NCBI GenBank assembly: GCA_045653225.1
Contig: JAZOLP010000062.1
Location: 908-64,907, forward strand
Origin: Bacilli bacterium
GTDB taxonomy: Bacteria > Bacillota_I > Bacilli_A > ML615J-28 > CAG-313
Direction: 5' to 3'
DNA length: 64,000 bases
A program made the position numbers and the translations under genes. Position 1 is the first letter of the stretch; each line of letters opens with the position of its first letter. The notes beneath the pieces are model-generated. The model did not search any database. It was not told the origin of the DNA and saw only the letters and a list, made by a program, of their open reading frames with translations. Shown piece by piece: positions 38,593 through 48,713 of this stretch.

Positions 38593-40788
38593 TTACAGCC
38601 CTCCATGAAATGTTCTGCTTAATATTTCTTGCTTTTGTTCTTTTGTTAGAGAATTAAACAGAACTGCATATCCACTAATTCTAATTGTTAAGTTTGGATA
38701 GCTTTCAGGGTGTTCAATAGCATCTTCTAATGTTTCTTTGTTAAACACATTTACATTAATATGATGTCCATTTTTTTCAAAATATCCATCTAAAATTGTA
38801 CACAAATTATTCACTTGTTCTTTTGTATTTTTACCAAGCACAGAAGGAATAATTGTAAACGTATTTGAAATACCGTCATCACAGAACTGATAAGGTATTT
38901 TCGCAACTGAATTTAAAGAGGCAAGAGCGCCATTTTCTTCTCTTCCGTGGAGTGGGTTCGCGCCAGGAGCAAATGGAGCATATGCCTTTCTACCATCTGG
39001 AGTTGCGCCAGTTTTCTTTCCGTACATAATATTAGATGTTATTGTAAGTATAGATAAAGTTGGTTTTGCGTTTCTATAAAGCCATTGTGCTTCTAAGAAA
39101 TACTTAAAATAAGTAGCAACTTGAAGCCCTAACGCATCTGATTCATCTATATCATTACCATATTTAGGAAAATCGCCTTCAATTTTAAAATCAATAGCAA
39201 TTCCTTCTTCATTTCTTATCGGTATTACTTTTGCGAATTTAATACTTGCTAAACTATCGGACATTACTGAATAGCCTGCAATACCAAAAGCCATTAATCT
39301 ATCTTCTAAATGAGTATCGTGTAGAGCCATTTGAATTGATTCATACGCATACTTATCGTGCATAAAATGAATTACATTATTTGCATCTGAATAAATTCTT
39401 GCCAATTCGCGCAATACATATAAATAATTTTCATAAACTTCTTTAAAATCAAGAGGAGATTTTGTTAATTTTGGAACACCTTTAATTACTAATTCTCCTG
39501 TTCTTTCGTCTTTACCCTCGTTAATTGCATATAATAGAGCCTTGGCTAAATTACATCTTGCACCGAAGAATTGCATTTGTTTACCAGTTTTCATCGCAGA
39601 AACGCAACAAGCAATAGAATAATCATTTCCATATTTTGGTCTCATTAAATCATCATTCTCATATTGAATTGCACAAGTCTTAATAGACATTTCTGCACAA
39701 TATTTTTTAAAGTTTTCAGGTAGCTTTTCGCTCCATAAAACAGTTAAATTTGGTTCTGGTGCCGCACCTAAATGCTCTAGCGCGTGTAAAAATCTAAAAG
39801 AAGTTTTTGTTACTAATGATTGTTCATCGTTAAGCATACCACCTATTGCTTCAGTTACCCAAGTAGGATCTCCTGCGAATAATTCATCATAAGCAGAAGT
39901 GCGCAAATGACGAATAAATCTTAATTTTATAATAAACTGATCTATTAACTCTTGAGCTTCTTGCTCGGATATAATATCATTTTTTAAATCATTCTCAATA
40001 TAAATATCAATAAAAGTTGATACTCTGCCGAGAGAGGTTGCCGCGCCATTACTTTCTTTTGCACCAGCAAGATAAGCAAAATAAATTGCTTGAATTGCGT
40101 CTCTCGCGTTTGTAGCTGGCTTGTTAATCATAATACCATATCTGGCCGCCATTGTTGTTAATTCGCGCAATGCTTTAATTTGCATAGATACTTCTTCTCT
40201 TAATTGTATATCACGCATATCTAAATTTGCAAAATCTTTTTGCTTTTGTTCGATTAAATAATCTGTGCCATAAAGTGCTACTCTGCGATAGTCTCCTATG
40301 ATGCGGCCGCGTCCATAGGCATCTGGTAAGCCAGTTATTAACCCATTGTGTCTAGCTTTAAGAACTTCTTCTGAATAAGCATCAAATACTCCTTCATTAT
40401 GAGTTTTTCTAAATTGGTGAAACAAATCTAATTCATAAGGAGTTGTTAAATCGTGTTCTCGCAAACATTGCTTAACCATTCTTATTCCACCGTATGGGTT
40501 AATGATTCTTTTAAGTGGGGTATCTGTTTGAAGCCCCACTATTACTTCATTATCTTTATCTATATAGCCAGGTTGAAAATTATCTATTCCAGAAAACGCT
40601 TCTGTTTCAATATCTAATACTCCACCTGCTTCTTGTTCTTGTCTTAATAAATCTTTACATTTATCCCATAATTTTTGAGTTTTTTCTGTTATTGGTTGAA
40701 GAAAACTACTGTCTCCTAAATATTCAGTATAATTATTCTCAATAAATTTATTTACATTAATAGACATTGATTTTCCTCCTTTTCTCAA
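38593..40788 (-). CDS. pflB: pyruvate formate-lyase (formate C-acetyltransferase, glycyl radical enzyme)
   Basis: 731 aa, near-collinear with E. coli PflB. Active-site IACCVS is present, followed by [24 protein letters not shown]. The C-terminal glycyl-radical motif is [40 protein letters not shown] is also present. Confidence 0.85.
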   Translation of the reverse strand: MRKGGKSMSINVNKFIENNYTEYLGDSSFLQPITEKTQKLWDKCKDLLRQEQEAGGVLDIETEAFSGIDNFQPGYIDKDNEVIVGLQTDTPLKRIINPYGGIRMVKQCLREHDLTTPYELDLFHQFRKTHNEGVFDAYSEEVLKARHNGLITGLPDAYGRGRIIGDYRRVALYGTDYLIEQKQKDFANLDMRDIQLREEVSMQIKALRELTTMAARYGIMINKPATNARDAIQAIYFAYLAGAKESNGAATSLGRVSTFIDIYIENDLKNDIISEQEAQELIDQFIIKLRFIRHLRTSAYDELFAGDPTWVTEAIGGMLNDEQSLVTKTSFRFLHALEHLGAAPEPNLTVLWSEKLPENFKKYCAEMSIKTCAIQYENDDLMRPKYGNDYSIACCVSAMKTGKQMQFFGARCNLAKALLYAINEGKDERTGELVIKGVPKLTKSPLDFKEVYENYLYVLRELARIYSDANNVIHFMHDKYAYESIQMALHDTHLEDRLMAFGIAGYSVMSDSLASIKFAKVIPIRNEEGIAIDFKIEGDFPKYGNDIDESDALGLQVATYFKYFLEAQWLYRNAKPTLSILTITSNIMYGKKTGATPDGRKAYAPFAPGANPLHGREENGALASLNSVAKIPYQFCDDGISNTFTIIPSVLGKNTKEQVNNLCTILDGYFEKNGHHINVNVFNKETLEDAIEHPESYPNLTIRISGYAVLFNSLTKEQKQEILSRTFHGGL

Positions 40789-41753
40789 AATTTATGTTTT
40801 ACTCTTAATTCTGTTTCTTGAACTTTTCCTTTATTAAATGCAGTTGTATAATTTCCTGTCAAATAACCTGTTACTCTTCTTAACTGTTGAATGTGTTCAC
40901 TACCGCACACAGGGCAGTATTTATTAAACTCGTCTAAATATCCACAATCCAAGCAAGCGTCATTTGGGACATTGATCGCGAAATAAGGTATATCCTTGTC
41001 CATAGCATAATTTATAATTTGCTCAATTGCAGATAAGTTATTTTTAACACTACCATCTAACTCTACATAAGTAATACATCCCGCACTTGAATAACCAGTT
41101 AATTGAGATTCTATGTCAATTTTATCAAATGGTGACATTTCTTTCCAAACTGGAACATGCATCGAATTAGTAAAGAATGCTTTATCACTAACATTTTCGA
41201 TTACTCCATATTTATCTTTAAATTTTTGCATAGCAGTAAAACAAAGATTTTCTGCAGGAGTATAATATACACCAAAGTTAAGTTTATACTCTTCTTTGAA
41301 TGAAGCGCATTTATCTTTAAATAATTGTTCAATTCTTTTAGCCAATACCATACCCTCTTCAGTTGTATGGTCTGTACCAATTAAAATTTGAAGTGTTTCC
41401 GCAAGACCAAGTTGCCCAATCGCAAGAGTTCCGTGTTTGAGTGCGCTTCTAATTCCCTCTTCTGGCACATAACCAGCCATTAAATTATTTTCATACATAA
41501 ATTTGGCTGAGTCTGGACTTTGCGAACAAATATATTCAAATCTTTCTAATAAGATGTCTTTTGCGTCGTGAATTTTTCTATTTAAAAGATTTAAGAATAC
41601 TACTTCTAAATCTTCTTCTTGTCCTTCTTCCTCACACATTTCTTTAGCCATCATAGCCAATGTAGGAAGAATAATTGTTACAGGACATATATTACCTCTA
41701 CCATCTTTAAGCTGGCCAAAACCATTAATATCCCAGCCGTTTGCCGTTCTGCA
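40785..41753 (-). CDS. nrdD: anaerobic ribonucleoside-triphosphate reductase, exon 2 (C-terminal part, beginning CRTANGWD)
   Basis: C-terminal Zn ribbon CLDCG...CPVCG and glycyl-radical motif RRVTGYLTG. The conserved MGCR motif is reconstituted only when joined to exon 1. Confidence 0.75.
   Translation of the reverse strand, partial: CRTANGWDINGFGQLKDGRGNICPVTIILPTLAMMAKEMCEEEGQEEDLEVVFLNLLNRKIHDAKDILLERFEYICSQSPDSAKFMYENNLMAGYVPEEGIRSALKHGTLAIGQLGLAETLQILIGTDHTTEEGMVLAKRIEQLFKDKCASFKEEYKLNFGVYYTPAENLCFTAMQKFKDKYGVIENVSDKAFFTNSMHVPVWKEMSPFDKIDIESQLTGYSSAGCITYVELDGSVKNNLSAIEQIINYAMDKDIPYFAINVPNDACLDCGYLDEFNKYCPVCGSEHIQQLRRVTGYLTGNYTTAFNKGKVQETELRVKHKF
40828..40857. repeat. left copy of the 30-nt direct repeat. 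It lies inside the intact nrdD 3-prime end and encodes [11 protein letters not shown].
   Basis: See the paired repeat at 38519-38550. Confidence 0.7.
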
Positions 41754-42575
41754 CATGTTAATCCGATGTTACCATCGGCACTGACTATATCTTCTCCAAT
41801 TATTTGGAGTCTTCCGCTTCGAATGTGCGCCTATCTCACATTCTACTCCCTTACATTCATCAGGGATAGTCGATACACTTTATTCATTATAATATTCAAA
41901 AATCCAAGTATTTTTATATGGACTTTTTACTTGTCCATTGAGTCGAGTGGTAATAGAAGTTTTTCCATTTTGTATTCCGCAGGCTCTGGCGCAACCAATT
42001 ACTGTATCGAAAATATCAACTTCATTTGTAATTATATTGGTTCGTTTGACTTTTTGAGCCATCGGGTTTTTCCCACCCAATTTTGTTTGTCTAATTTTTT
42101 CTTTAATTTCATTCATTTCTTCATCTGTTTTAGAAAGATATGTATTTCCACCGCATTTATAAATAGCGCTAGTTTCATTATATCCCTCTTTAACAGCATT
42201 ATAAAATTGAATCCAATATTGCTCTTTGAAATTTAATTCTTCTTGATTTTCTGCTGTATCAATTTCTTCTATAACAAAATTTTCTTTGCCGTATTTTCTA
42301 ATTGCTCGAGCAAAATGCGTATCAAGAATGTTATTTAATGCGTCATTTATATGACGATGAAATCTTGCTTCGATAGGCCTAATACTTTGACCTATATATA
42401 CTTTGTTGTTTTGAATATTTGTAATTTTATATATCCACATAGAAACTCCTTTCTATTGAATATTATAATGAATCTTAGCACGGTCTCATCCACGTGGGAC
42501 CTAACCGTTAGCCCGCAATCGCGGACACCCTCGGGCGAGGTTCAAAAGATTTTACATGGGCTGTAGTTTTCACTT
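41754..42575 (-). mobile_element. group I intron (822 nt) interrupting nrdD, carrying a GIY-YIG homing endonuclease ORF
   Basis: In-frame junction ...ATG GGT | intron | TGC AGA... The exon ends in U and the intron ends in G. GC-rich structured segments flank the ORF at both ends, with GACTA in the 3-prime part. There is an internal RBS for the endonuclease. The split falls exactly in the conserved NrdD MG|CR motif. Confidence 0.7.
41880..42440 (-). CDS. GIY-YIG homing endonuclease encoded within the intron
   Basis: WIYKITNIQNNKVYIGQS GIY-YIG motif; downstream R, H and N catalytic residues; basic C-terminal DNA-binding region. Confidence 0.75.
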   Translation of the reverse strand: MWIYKITNIQNNKVYIGQSIRPIEARFHRHINDALNNILDTHFARAIRKYGKENFVIEEIDTAENQEELNFKEQYWIQFYNAVKEGYNETSAIYKCGGNTYLSKTDEEMNEIKEKIRQTKLGGKNPMAQKVKRTNIITNEVDIFDTVIGCARACGIQNGKTSITTRLNGQVKSPYKNTWIFEYYNE

Positions 42576-43829
42576 ACCCATTGTGCTCATATATGTTCTA
42601 GGGTCGTCAGGATCGTATCCAGCATTGCCGCTCCAATCTACATTACAGTAATTTGGATATAATCTTGTTGCAGTTGATTTAAGAGCCAACTGATATAAAT
42701 CATAATTAGGGGTACCTGGTTTATCATTTACACCTTTCATATATTGAAAAATTTGACAAGGGAAAACAGATGTTCTATGCGATTTTCCAAGTCCTTCAAT
42801 TGTTCCTTCTAAAATAGCTTTTGTAACCATTCTTCCCTCAACTAGAGTACAAGTACCATAGTTAATTGAACTAAATGGAAGCTGATTTCCGCTACGAGAT
42901 TGTAAAGTATTAAGATTATGAAGCATACCTTCAACTGCTTGTTTTAATTCTCTTTCTGTCATATCCATAGCATATATATAAACATTTGGAAAATAATTTA
43001 TATAACATTCGTTAAATATAGAAGTTTCATTTGTTACGTAGTTAAATACTACTGCATCATACGGATTTTCAAACATTTCAATATATTTTAAACCATCCAC
43101 ATAGTGCTTATAGAAACTTTTTCTTACATACGGAACCATACTCCAATCCAAGTGAGAACAACTTACACCGCCAAACTGTTGTAAACTTTGTATCTGAAAA
43201 ATAACTGCCAATAGTTGAAATGCTGTATTGATTGAACTTGCGGGGCGCACATCTGTTTGTCTCGTATTGAAACCATTCGCAAGTAAATGATCAATAGGAA
43301 CAGTTAAACAGTTATGATTACCAAGTACATATTGATCTAGGTCGTGAGTATAAATTTTATTATTAAGATGATTATCTTTTGTTTTTTTGCTTACTAAATA
43401 ATTTAAAGCGTAGTCTTTATTCATTACGCTCGCGGCTTCGCCATTTCTTCCACCGAAAGATTTTTCATCTACATTTGCATTTTGATTTTTAATATCTTGT
43501 GCTTGAAGCTTTTTACCTATCTCTTTATGTAACGCGCTTTTCGCATTACGAGCAATACTTCTTTTTTCTCTATATATAATATAAGCTTTTGCAACATCTA
43601 ATCTTTCACTTTGCATAAGCTTTTGCTCAACTAAATCTTGTATTTTTTCTATATCCCAATCACTTACATAGTGAGTATATTCTTCATAGATTTCTTCTGC
43701 GATATCTTGAGCAATTTCCTCTGAATAAATTTGTCCATCTACTTCTTCAAAAGCTTTATTTATTGCTTTTATAATATTGTCTTTACAAAACTCTACAAGA
43801 GTTCCGTCTCTTTTAATTATCATCTTCAT
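42576..43829 (-). CDS. nrdD: anaerobic ribonucleoside-triphosphate reductase, exon 1 (N-terminal part with an ATP-cone). The ORF track runs on to a stop at 42570 inside the intron.
   Basis: IIKRDGTLVEFCKDNIIKAI ATP-cone; the exon ends ...YMSTMG. Confidence 0.75.
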
Positions 43830-43838
43830 TGCTACCTC

Positions 43839-43885
43839 CTACTAAATATTGTGTGCGGCAGACGATACCGCACTATATTTAGGTT
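43839..43885 (-). promoter_or_regulatory. two putative NrdR boxes with 31 bp between centres, upstream of nrdD
   Basis: On the minus strand the boxes read AACCTAAATATAGTGC and ACACAATATTTAGTAG. Each matches 12 of 16 positions of the ACACTATATATAGTGT consensus, recalled from memory. The spacing is about three helical turns. An RNA hairpin GTGCGG...CCGCAC lies between them. Confidence 0.35.
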
Positions 43886-43894
43886 TTGTTAGAA

Positions 43895-44485
43895 TTAGAT
43901 TGTCCATTCTTGCCCACAGAGAACAGTATCAATTTGGTGAATGGTATCGGAAAATTCCCAGCGTGTGTTATTTTTGAACTTCGACACGATTGGGAATTCG
44001 TCTTCATTTTCTGTGATTTGAAAATCTGCTTTGTCAGTAGAAAATCTTCTAATAATTTCTTCAATATCTGGATTTTCTTCTCTGCTAAGCTGACGAATTA
44101 ATCTTTCTTTGTCTGTTGCTTCAATATAAGCAACTTTTAAATCGATTCTGTCGTCCCAACTTAGTATTTGAATACCCTCTGGGTTTAACACAAGTAAATT
44201 AATTTTTTCTTCATCTAAAGACATAATTGGAGTACCATAGGCCCAATTATTAAAACAAGTTGCTTCAAGCATTCTATTGTTATCTAATTCTCTTAAAAAG
44301 GTTTCAGGAGTTAAAAAATGATAATCAACTCCATTAACTTCTCCCTCTCTTGGAGGTCGAGTAGTCGCGGAAACTACTCGATTAAATTTATGCGGTCTAA
44401 GCTTTAATAATTCTTTAGCTATTGTATCTTTTCCGCTTCCCGCTTTGCCCATAATAGCTAAAACTTTAAGCTTCTTCATCTTCAT
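43895..44485 (-). CDS. gmk: guanylate (nucleoside monophosphate) kinase
   Basis: P-loop GKAGSGKDT; GMP-binding signature SATTRPPREGEVNGVDYHF. Confidence 0.7.
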   Translation of the reverse strand: MKMKKLKVLAIMGKAGSGKDTIAKELLKLRPHKFNRVVSATTRPPREGEVNGVDYHFLTPETFLRELDNNRMLEATCFNNWAYGTPIMSLDEEKINLLVLNPEGIQILSWDDRIDLKVAYIEATDKERLIRQLSREENPDIEEIIRRFSTDKADFQITENEDEFPIVSKFKNNTRWEFSDTIHQIDTVLCGQEWTI

Positions 44486-47400
44486 ATTCTCCTTTATATC
44501 GTTCCTCTTGAAGAACTATATCTCCTTTGTTGTCTATATCTAAAATTCTATATAGTTGGTGGCCGCCTGTTGCAGTATATTTTTTAGCAACAAAATCATC
44601 GCCTCGTCTAATACCTTGAATCAACAGCATATTGCCTCGAGTGAACCAGCTTTTTTCCATAACTTTTTTCTTTCCATCTGCTTGTCTTTCAGAAATCTGT
44701 TTATCGAACAATGAAAAATATTCTTTTCCAAACTTAACATTAACGACGCCATCGTTTGTTAATAATGAAATAGTTGATTTAATTTTATTTTTTGCAATAC
44801 AAGTACCTGCTATTTTATATATTTTATAAATAGGAATTAATGCTTCTTTTCTTCTGATGGTATAATCAATATCAGGCTCTTCGTTTAACTCAAAGAAACT
44901 TGATATCCCATACTTAGTATCATCTAAATCAATTAATTCATGATCGTGGTAATAGAAACTTAATGATTCCATTTCCCATTTTGAAATATTACCTTTACCC
45001 GCGTACTTTGCCCAATCTTCTAAAAATACTTGATTATTTAAAGATTGTAAAATTTCTTTTTGCTCTGCTGATAACCAGGCGCGAGCCGCGTCCATAACTT
45101 TCTGATACTTCTTATCCCAAGCTTTTACTCCAATTCCAAGTTGACCGTCTATTGAAGCTACTCCATCAAAGTTATCCATAAAGAAAACCTCTGCGGCTTG
45201 ATCAAAAATATAGTTTTCACCTTTTTTGCATTTTGCTTTTAAATATTTGTTAAAATGATATACAGATTTTTCAAAATTTAATTCTTTTGGAACCAAATCT
45301 CTTTTTATTAATGTTGGGAAATTTTGTAAATTAAGTTTACTTTTTAAATCTGATGTCTTATAAACATATCTTGCCATTAAATGTTTTCTATCTTCAAACT
45401 TATCAAAAGCTCCCGCTTTAATTAACGATATGGTTTGAGTTTTATTCGTTTTTACTTTTGACATAAAATCATCAAAATCATTATATGGTCTATTGCTAAT
45501 AATTTCTTGAACCAAATCATCGCCAATATTAGCTATTGCTTTTAAACCAAATAAAATTTCATTGTTTTCAATATCTGGAATAAAACCAAAATCAGATTTA
45601 TTAATATCTGCTAGCGATACTTTAATTCCTGAGGTGCGGATATCACCTATCGCTTTTGCTATTTTATCATATTTTGTTGTATCGCCCTTATCAGGGTCTA
45701 CTGCGCCACTATTAACAATTAAACACGCGGTATTCCAATATATAGGTTTCCAATTTGTCGCGAGAAACGCGTCCTGTACACCTACAAACGAGTATGGGAG
45801 AGAGTGATTAATTGAAAATGCATAACCTAGAGACGGAGCTATCGCAGCTTCCCATACATAGTTAGCCTCCAGAGTATTTGGTATATGCGCGAATAACTGT
45901 TCTTTTAATTCTGGAATTTTATCCATTTGCTTCTTCGCAACAATTTTACGCGCGGCATTTGCTTCACCCAGTGTAAATCCGGCGATATCAGGATCCATAA
46001 GAATTTGCATCATTTGTTCCTGCATTGGTACGCATCCATAATATTCATCACAATATTTATGCAAGGCTGTGCGCATTTTATCACCAACTCCAGCGCTGCG
46101 CATTTCATCTTCAAAAACATCTAATCCTTCGTGCTGAATACGATAAAACTTGTCTTGCTGAGATTCTTTACCTTTTTCGCTCATTAATCTCATCATCGCG
46201 GAAGCCGCGGTCATTTCAAGAATATTTTGTGGTTTAAGCTTTTTAGCTATTGCTAAACCAACACCTGTACAAAATTGGAATATATCTAAAACTTCTCCGT
46301 TTCCTATTGCATCCCAAATTTTTTGATTCGATAAATCAAGTTTTTCTGGATGTAAATATTGATTATATACTTCTCTAATTGAGAGATTATCTGGTATTTC
46401 TTTATATATTTGAAGCATTTTCATTGCTTGAATAATTTTATCGCATACTTCTGTAACAAGAAAGTCATACTTTGTGTCTCCGCAAGCTTCTGCCTCGTGA
46501 AGATCAAATTGAGTAACTAAGTCTCCTGATGGGGTTCTCATGATCGCTGAAGTTTCATATAATGTGTCATCATATAATATTACACCAGACGCGTGACTCG
46601 AACGGCCGCATATAATTCCTTCAATAGATAACATAATATCCAAAAGTCCTGGATACATACTTACTTCTTTTATAAAAGTTTTATTTGGTTTTCTATCTTT
46701 TTCTGGATTACCATAAATAGTATCTTTAAGTGAGAAGATAAAACCTCTTTCTTGTTCTATTAATGAACTTATATATTGCGCGACATCAACATCAATTCCG
46801 CTTGGATATTCTTCACTTCTGTATCCGCGGCACGCGGTTAATATCGCACTTTTTGTTGTTTCAGTTTTAAATGTACTAACTTGAACAAGCCCTAACTCTC
46901 CACGCTCCTCGCGAATTTTTGAGAAGATGAGTGGTCTTGCAGACGGGGCCAGATCTATATCTATATCCGGTAATTCTGCACGCTCGCGATTAAGAAAACG
47001 CCATTCAGGTAAGTTCCATCTCATTGGGTCTAATTGAGTAATACCCATACAATAATTTGAAAGATAGCCAGTTGCGCTACCTCTACCTGGTCCTACGATA
47101 CTTCCGCACTCCCAGAATAAATTAATGTAATGTTGAAGAGTATTAAAATAAGCAAACAAACAATCTTCTAATTGTTCGCCTATAAACTTAATAACCGAAG
47201 CTTCTTCTTCTACTCTTGCTAAATACCTATCATCGCTAAACTTACCCATATTCATTAAACCATTTAAAACTTCATTAGCCCAATATCTCTCTTGAATTTC
47301 ATTTGATAATAATAACGAATGAATTGTTGGGTAATTATTGTCTAATTCATCACGAACACTATTATTAACACCAAAATGTGAAAGTGATTTAGGGTAATTT

Positions 47401-48344
47401 TTTACTGAGACTTTTGGAATTTTTTGTTTATGACGTAAGCTATAGCTAGTTATTTTTGAGTTAATTTCTTCTGAATTGGAAAAGAGTTCATCAATAAATT
47501 CTTTCTCGAACGATTTACCTAAATTCTCATAAATTTCATCATTTGTTTGAAGATAAGAAAATTCATAAAAAGCATCAACTTCTCTTTCTCCCTCTCTTGA
47601 ATTAAGATATGCTTTATGAACATATCTATCATCTTTTTTCATAAAGTGCGCATCTGTGCCAATTACTATTTTTATGCCATAGTACGCAGCGATATCTTTA
47701 AGTCTCTTGTTAACTATAACTTGCTCTTCAGAGCAACCAGGAGCAACTTCAATATAGAAATCATCGTGAAATAAATCTTTGCAAAATAATATGAATTTTT
47801 CAATTTCTTGCTTTGTTTCTAAAATAGTTCCTAAATCCGCGTGCGCGTTCTCGAGCTGGCATAGTCTTAAAACCAGAGTTGAGAGTTCTCCGCCGAGACA
47901 CGCGGTGGTTCCTATTAAATTTCCTGGATTTTCTTTTATAATAGCTTCTAATTCTGATTTAAGAGTTGGAACTCTTTCATATCCTCTATCTGAATATGCA
48001 TTTAACCAAGAGTTAGAAGATAATTTTCTTAATTGAATGTATCCTTCTTTGTTTTTTGCGATTAAAATAAAATGATAATATTTTTGCCCTCTTTCTCTAT
48101 CATCTGTTAAATAAATTTCATTGCCGAGTGCTACAGTAAAATCTGGATATTTTTCTGCGTGAAAGTTACATTTTGCATGAGCGCAAAGAGCCTCATGGTC
48201 TGTAATCGCGATGCCAGATAAACCAAGCTCAACAGCACGATCTATAATAGCTTCTGGGTTATTGATACAATCAAGTAATCGTAAATTTGATAAAGTTGTA
48301 TGTATATGTGGATCAAATCTTCCCACATCATCACTCCTTTTCAT
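44466..48344 (-). CDS. dnaE: DNA polymerase III alpha-subunit-like replicative polymerase (PHP domain plus Pol III core), DnaE-type
   Basis: 1292 aa; N-terminal PHP motifs HIHTTLS and ITDHEAL; size and architecture. Confidence 0.6.
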   Translation of the reverse strand: MKRSDDVGRFDPHIHTTLSNLRLLDCINNPEAIIDRAVELGLSGIAITDHEALCAHAKCNFHAEKYPDFTVALGNEIYLTDDRERGQKYYHFILIAKNKEGYIQLRKLSSNSWLNAYSDRGYERVPTLKSELEAIIKENPGNLIGTTACLGGELSTLVLRLCQLENAHADLGTILETKQEIEKFILFCKDLFHDDFYIEVAPGCSEEQVIVNKRLKDIAAYYGIKIVIGTDAHFMKKDDRYVHKAYLNSREGEREVDAFYEFSYLQTNDEIYENLGKSFEKEFIDELFSNSEEINSKITSYSLRHKQKIPKVSVKNYPKSLSHFGVNNSVRDELDNNYPTIHSLLLSNEIQERYWANEVLNGLMNMGKFSDDRYLARVEEEASVIKFIGEQLEDCLFAYFNTLQHYINLFWECGSIVGPGRGSATGYLSNYCMGITQLDPMRWNLPEWRFLNRERAELPDIDIDLAPSARPLIFSKIREERGELGLVQVSTFKTETTKSAILTACRGYRSEEYPSGIDVDVAQYISSLIEQERGFIFSLKDTIYGNPEKDRKPNKTFIKEVSMYPGLLDIMLSIEGIICGRSSHASGVILYDDTLYETSAIMRTPSGDLVTQFDLHEAEACGDTKYDFLVTEVCDKIIQAMKMLQIYKEIPDNLSIREVYNQYLHPEKLDLSNQKIWDAIGNGEVLDIFQFCTGVGLAIAKKLKPQNILEMTAASAMMRLMSEKGKESQQDKFYRIQHEGLDVFEDEMRSAGVGDKMRTALHKYCDEYYGCVPMQEQMMQILMDPDIAGFTLGEANAARKIVAKKQMDKIPELKEQLFAHIPNTLEANYVWEAAIAPSLGYAFSINHSLPYSFVGVQDAFLATNWKPIYWNTACLIVNSGAVDPDKGDTTKYDKIAKAIGDIRTSGIKVSLADINKSDFGFIPDIENNEILFGLKAIANIGDDLVQEIISNRPYNDFDDFMSKVKTNKTQTISLIKAGAFDKFEDRKHLMARYVYKTSDLKSKLNLQNFPTLIKRDLVPKELNFEKSVYHFNKYLKAKCKKGENYIFDQAAEVFFMDNFDGVASIDGQLGIGVKAWDKKYQKVMDAARAWLSAEQKEILQSLNNQVFLEDWAKYAGKGNISKWEMESLSFYYHDHELIDLDDTKYGISSFFELNEEPDIDYTIRRKEALIPIYKIYKIAGTCIAKNKIKSTISLLTNDGVVNVKFGKEYFSLFDKQISERQADGKKKVMEKSWFTRGNMLLIQGIRRGDDFVAKKYTATGGHQLYRILDIDNKGDIVLQEERYKGEYEDEEA

Positions 48345-48359
48345 TTTTCTTTTATAATA

Positions 48360-48713
48360 TCATATCTTTATATTTGAATCAATATTTTCATAATAAGGTT
48401 CATAAATTGCTGCTTGTCCCTCTGGCGCGACAGTTATCATTTTATCCCATTGTCTTTCTATTGAATAATTATATAGCTGCCTATCAGTGGCTCTAATATC
48501 TCTACTATTTAAAATTTTACCATTAAGATAGTATCTACCTTCTTCTATTTTCTTTCCAATATCATTTGTGAAATAAAAATAGTAAGGTTCAACATTAAAT
48601 TCATTCTTTAATTTTAAAGCAATTCTAATTGCTTCTTGCATTTTATTCTCGGGGTCATTTATATCCCAAAACTTTGGTACATAATCACTTATATAATGAA
48701 AGAATACCTTCAT
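48360..48713 (-). CDS. hypothetical protein
   Basis: ORF track. Confidence 0.4.
   Translation of the reverse strand: MKVFFHYISDYVPKFWDINDPENKMQEAIRIALKLKNEFNVEPYYFYFTNDIGKKIEEGRYYLNGKILNSRDIRATDRQLYNYSIERQWDKMITVAPEGQAAIYEPYYENIDSNIKI

Noticed and set aside
38593-40788. The possibility that the PFL region is host chromosomal DNA or an assembly chimera
   Set aside because: It is embedded in a continuous co-directional phage operon, with nrdD upstream and nrdG downstream. Its junctions are explained by the 30-nt direct repeat. Sequence data alone cannot fully exclude a chimera.
40785-43829. Treating 42570-43829 and 40785-41756 as two separate genes
   Set aside because: The conserved MGCR motif and the domain order (ATP-cone first, Zn ribbon and glycyl radical last) show they are halves of one nrdD gene split by an intron.
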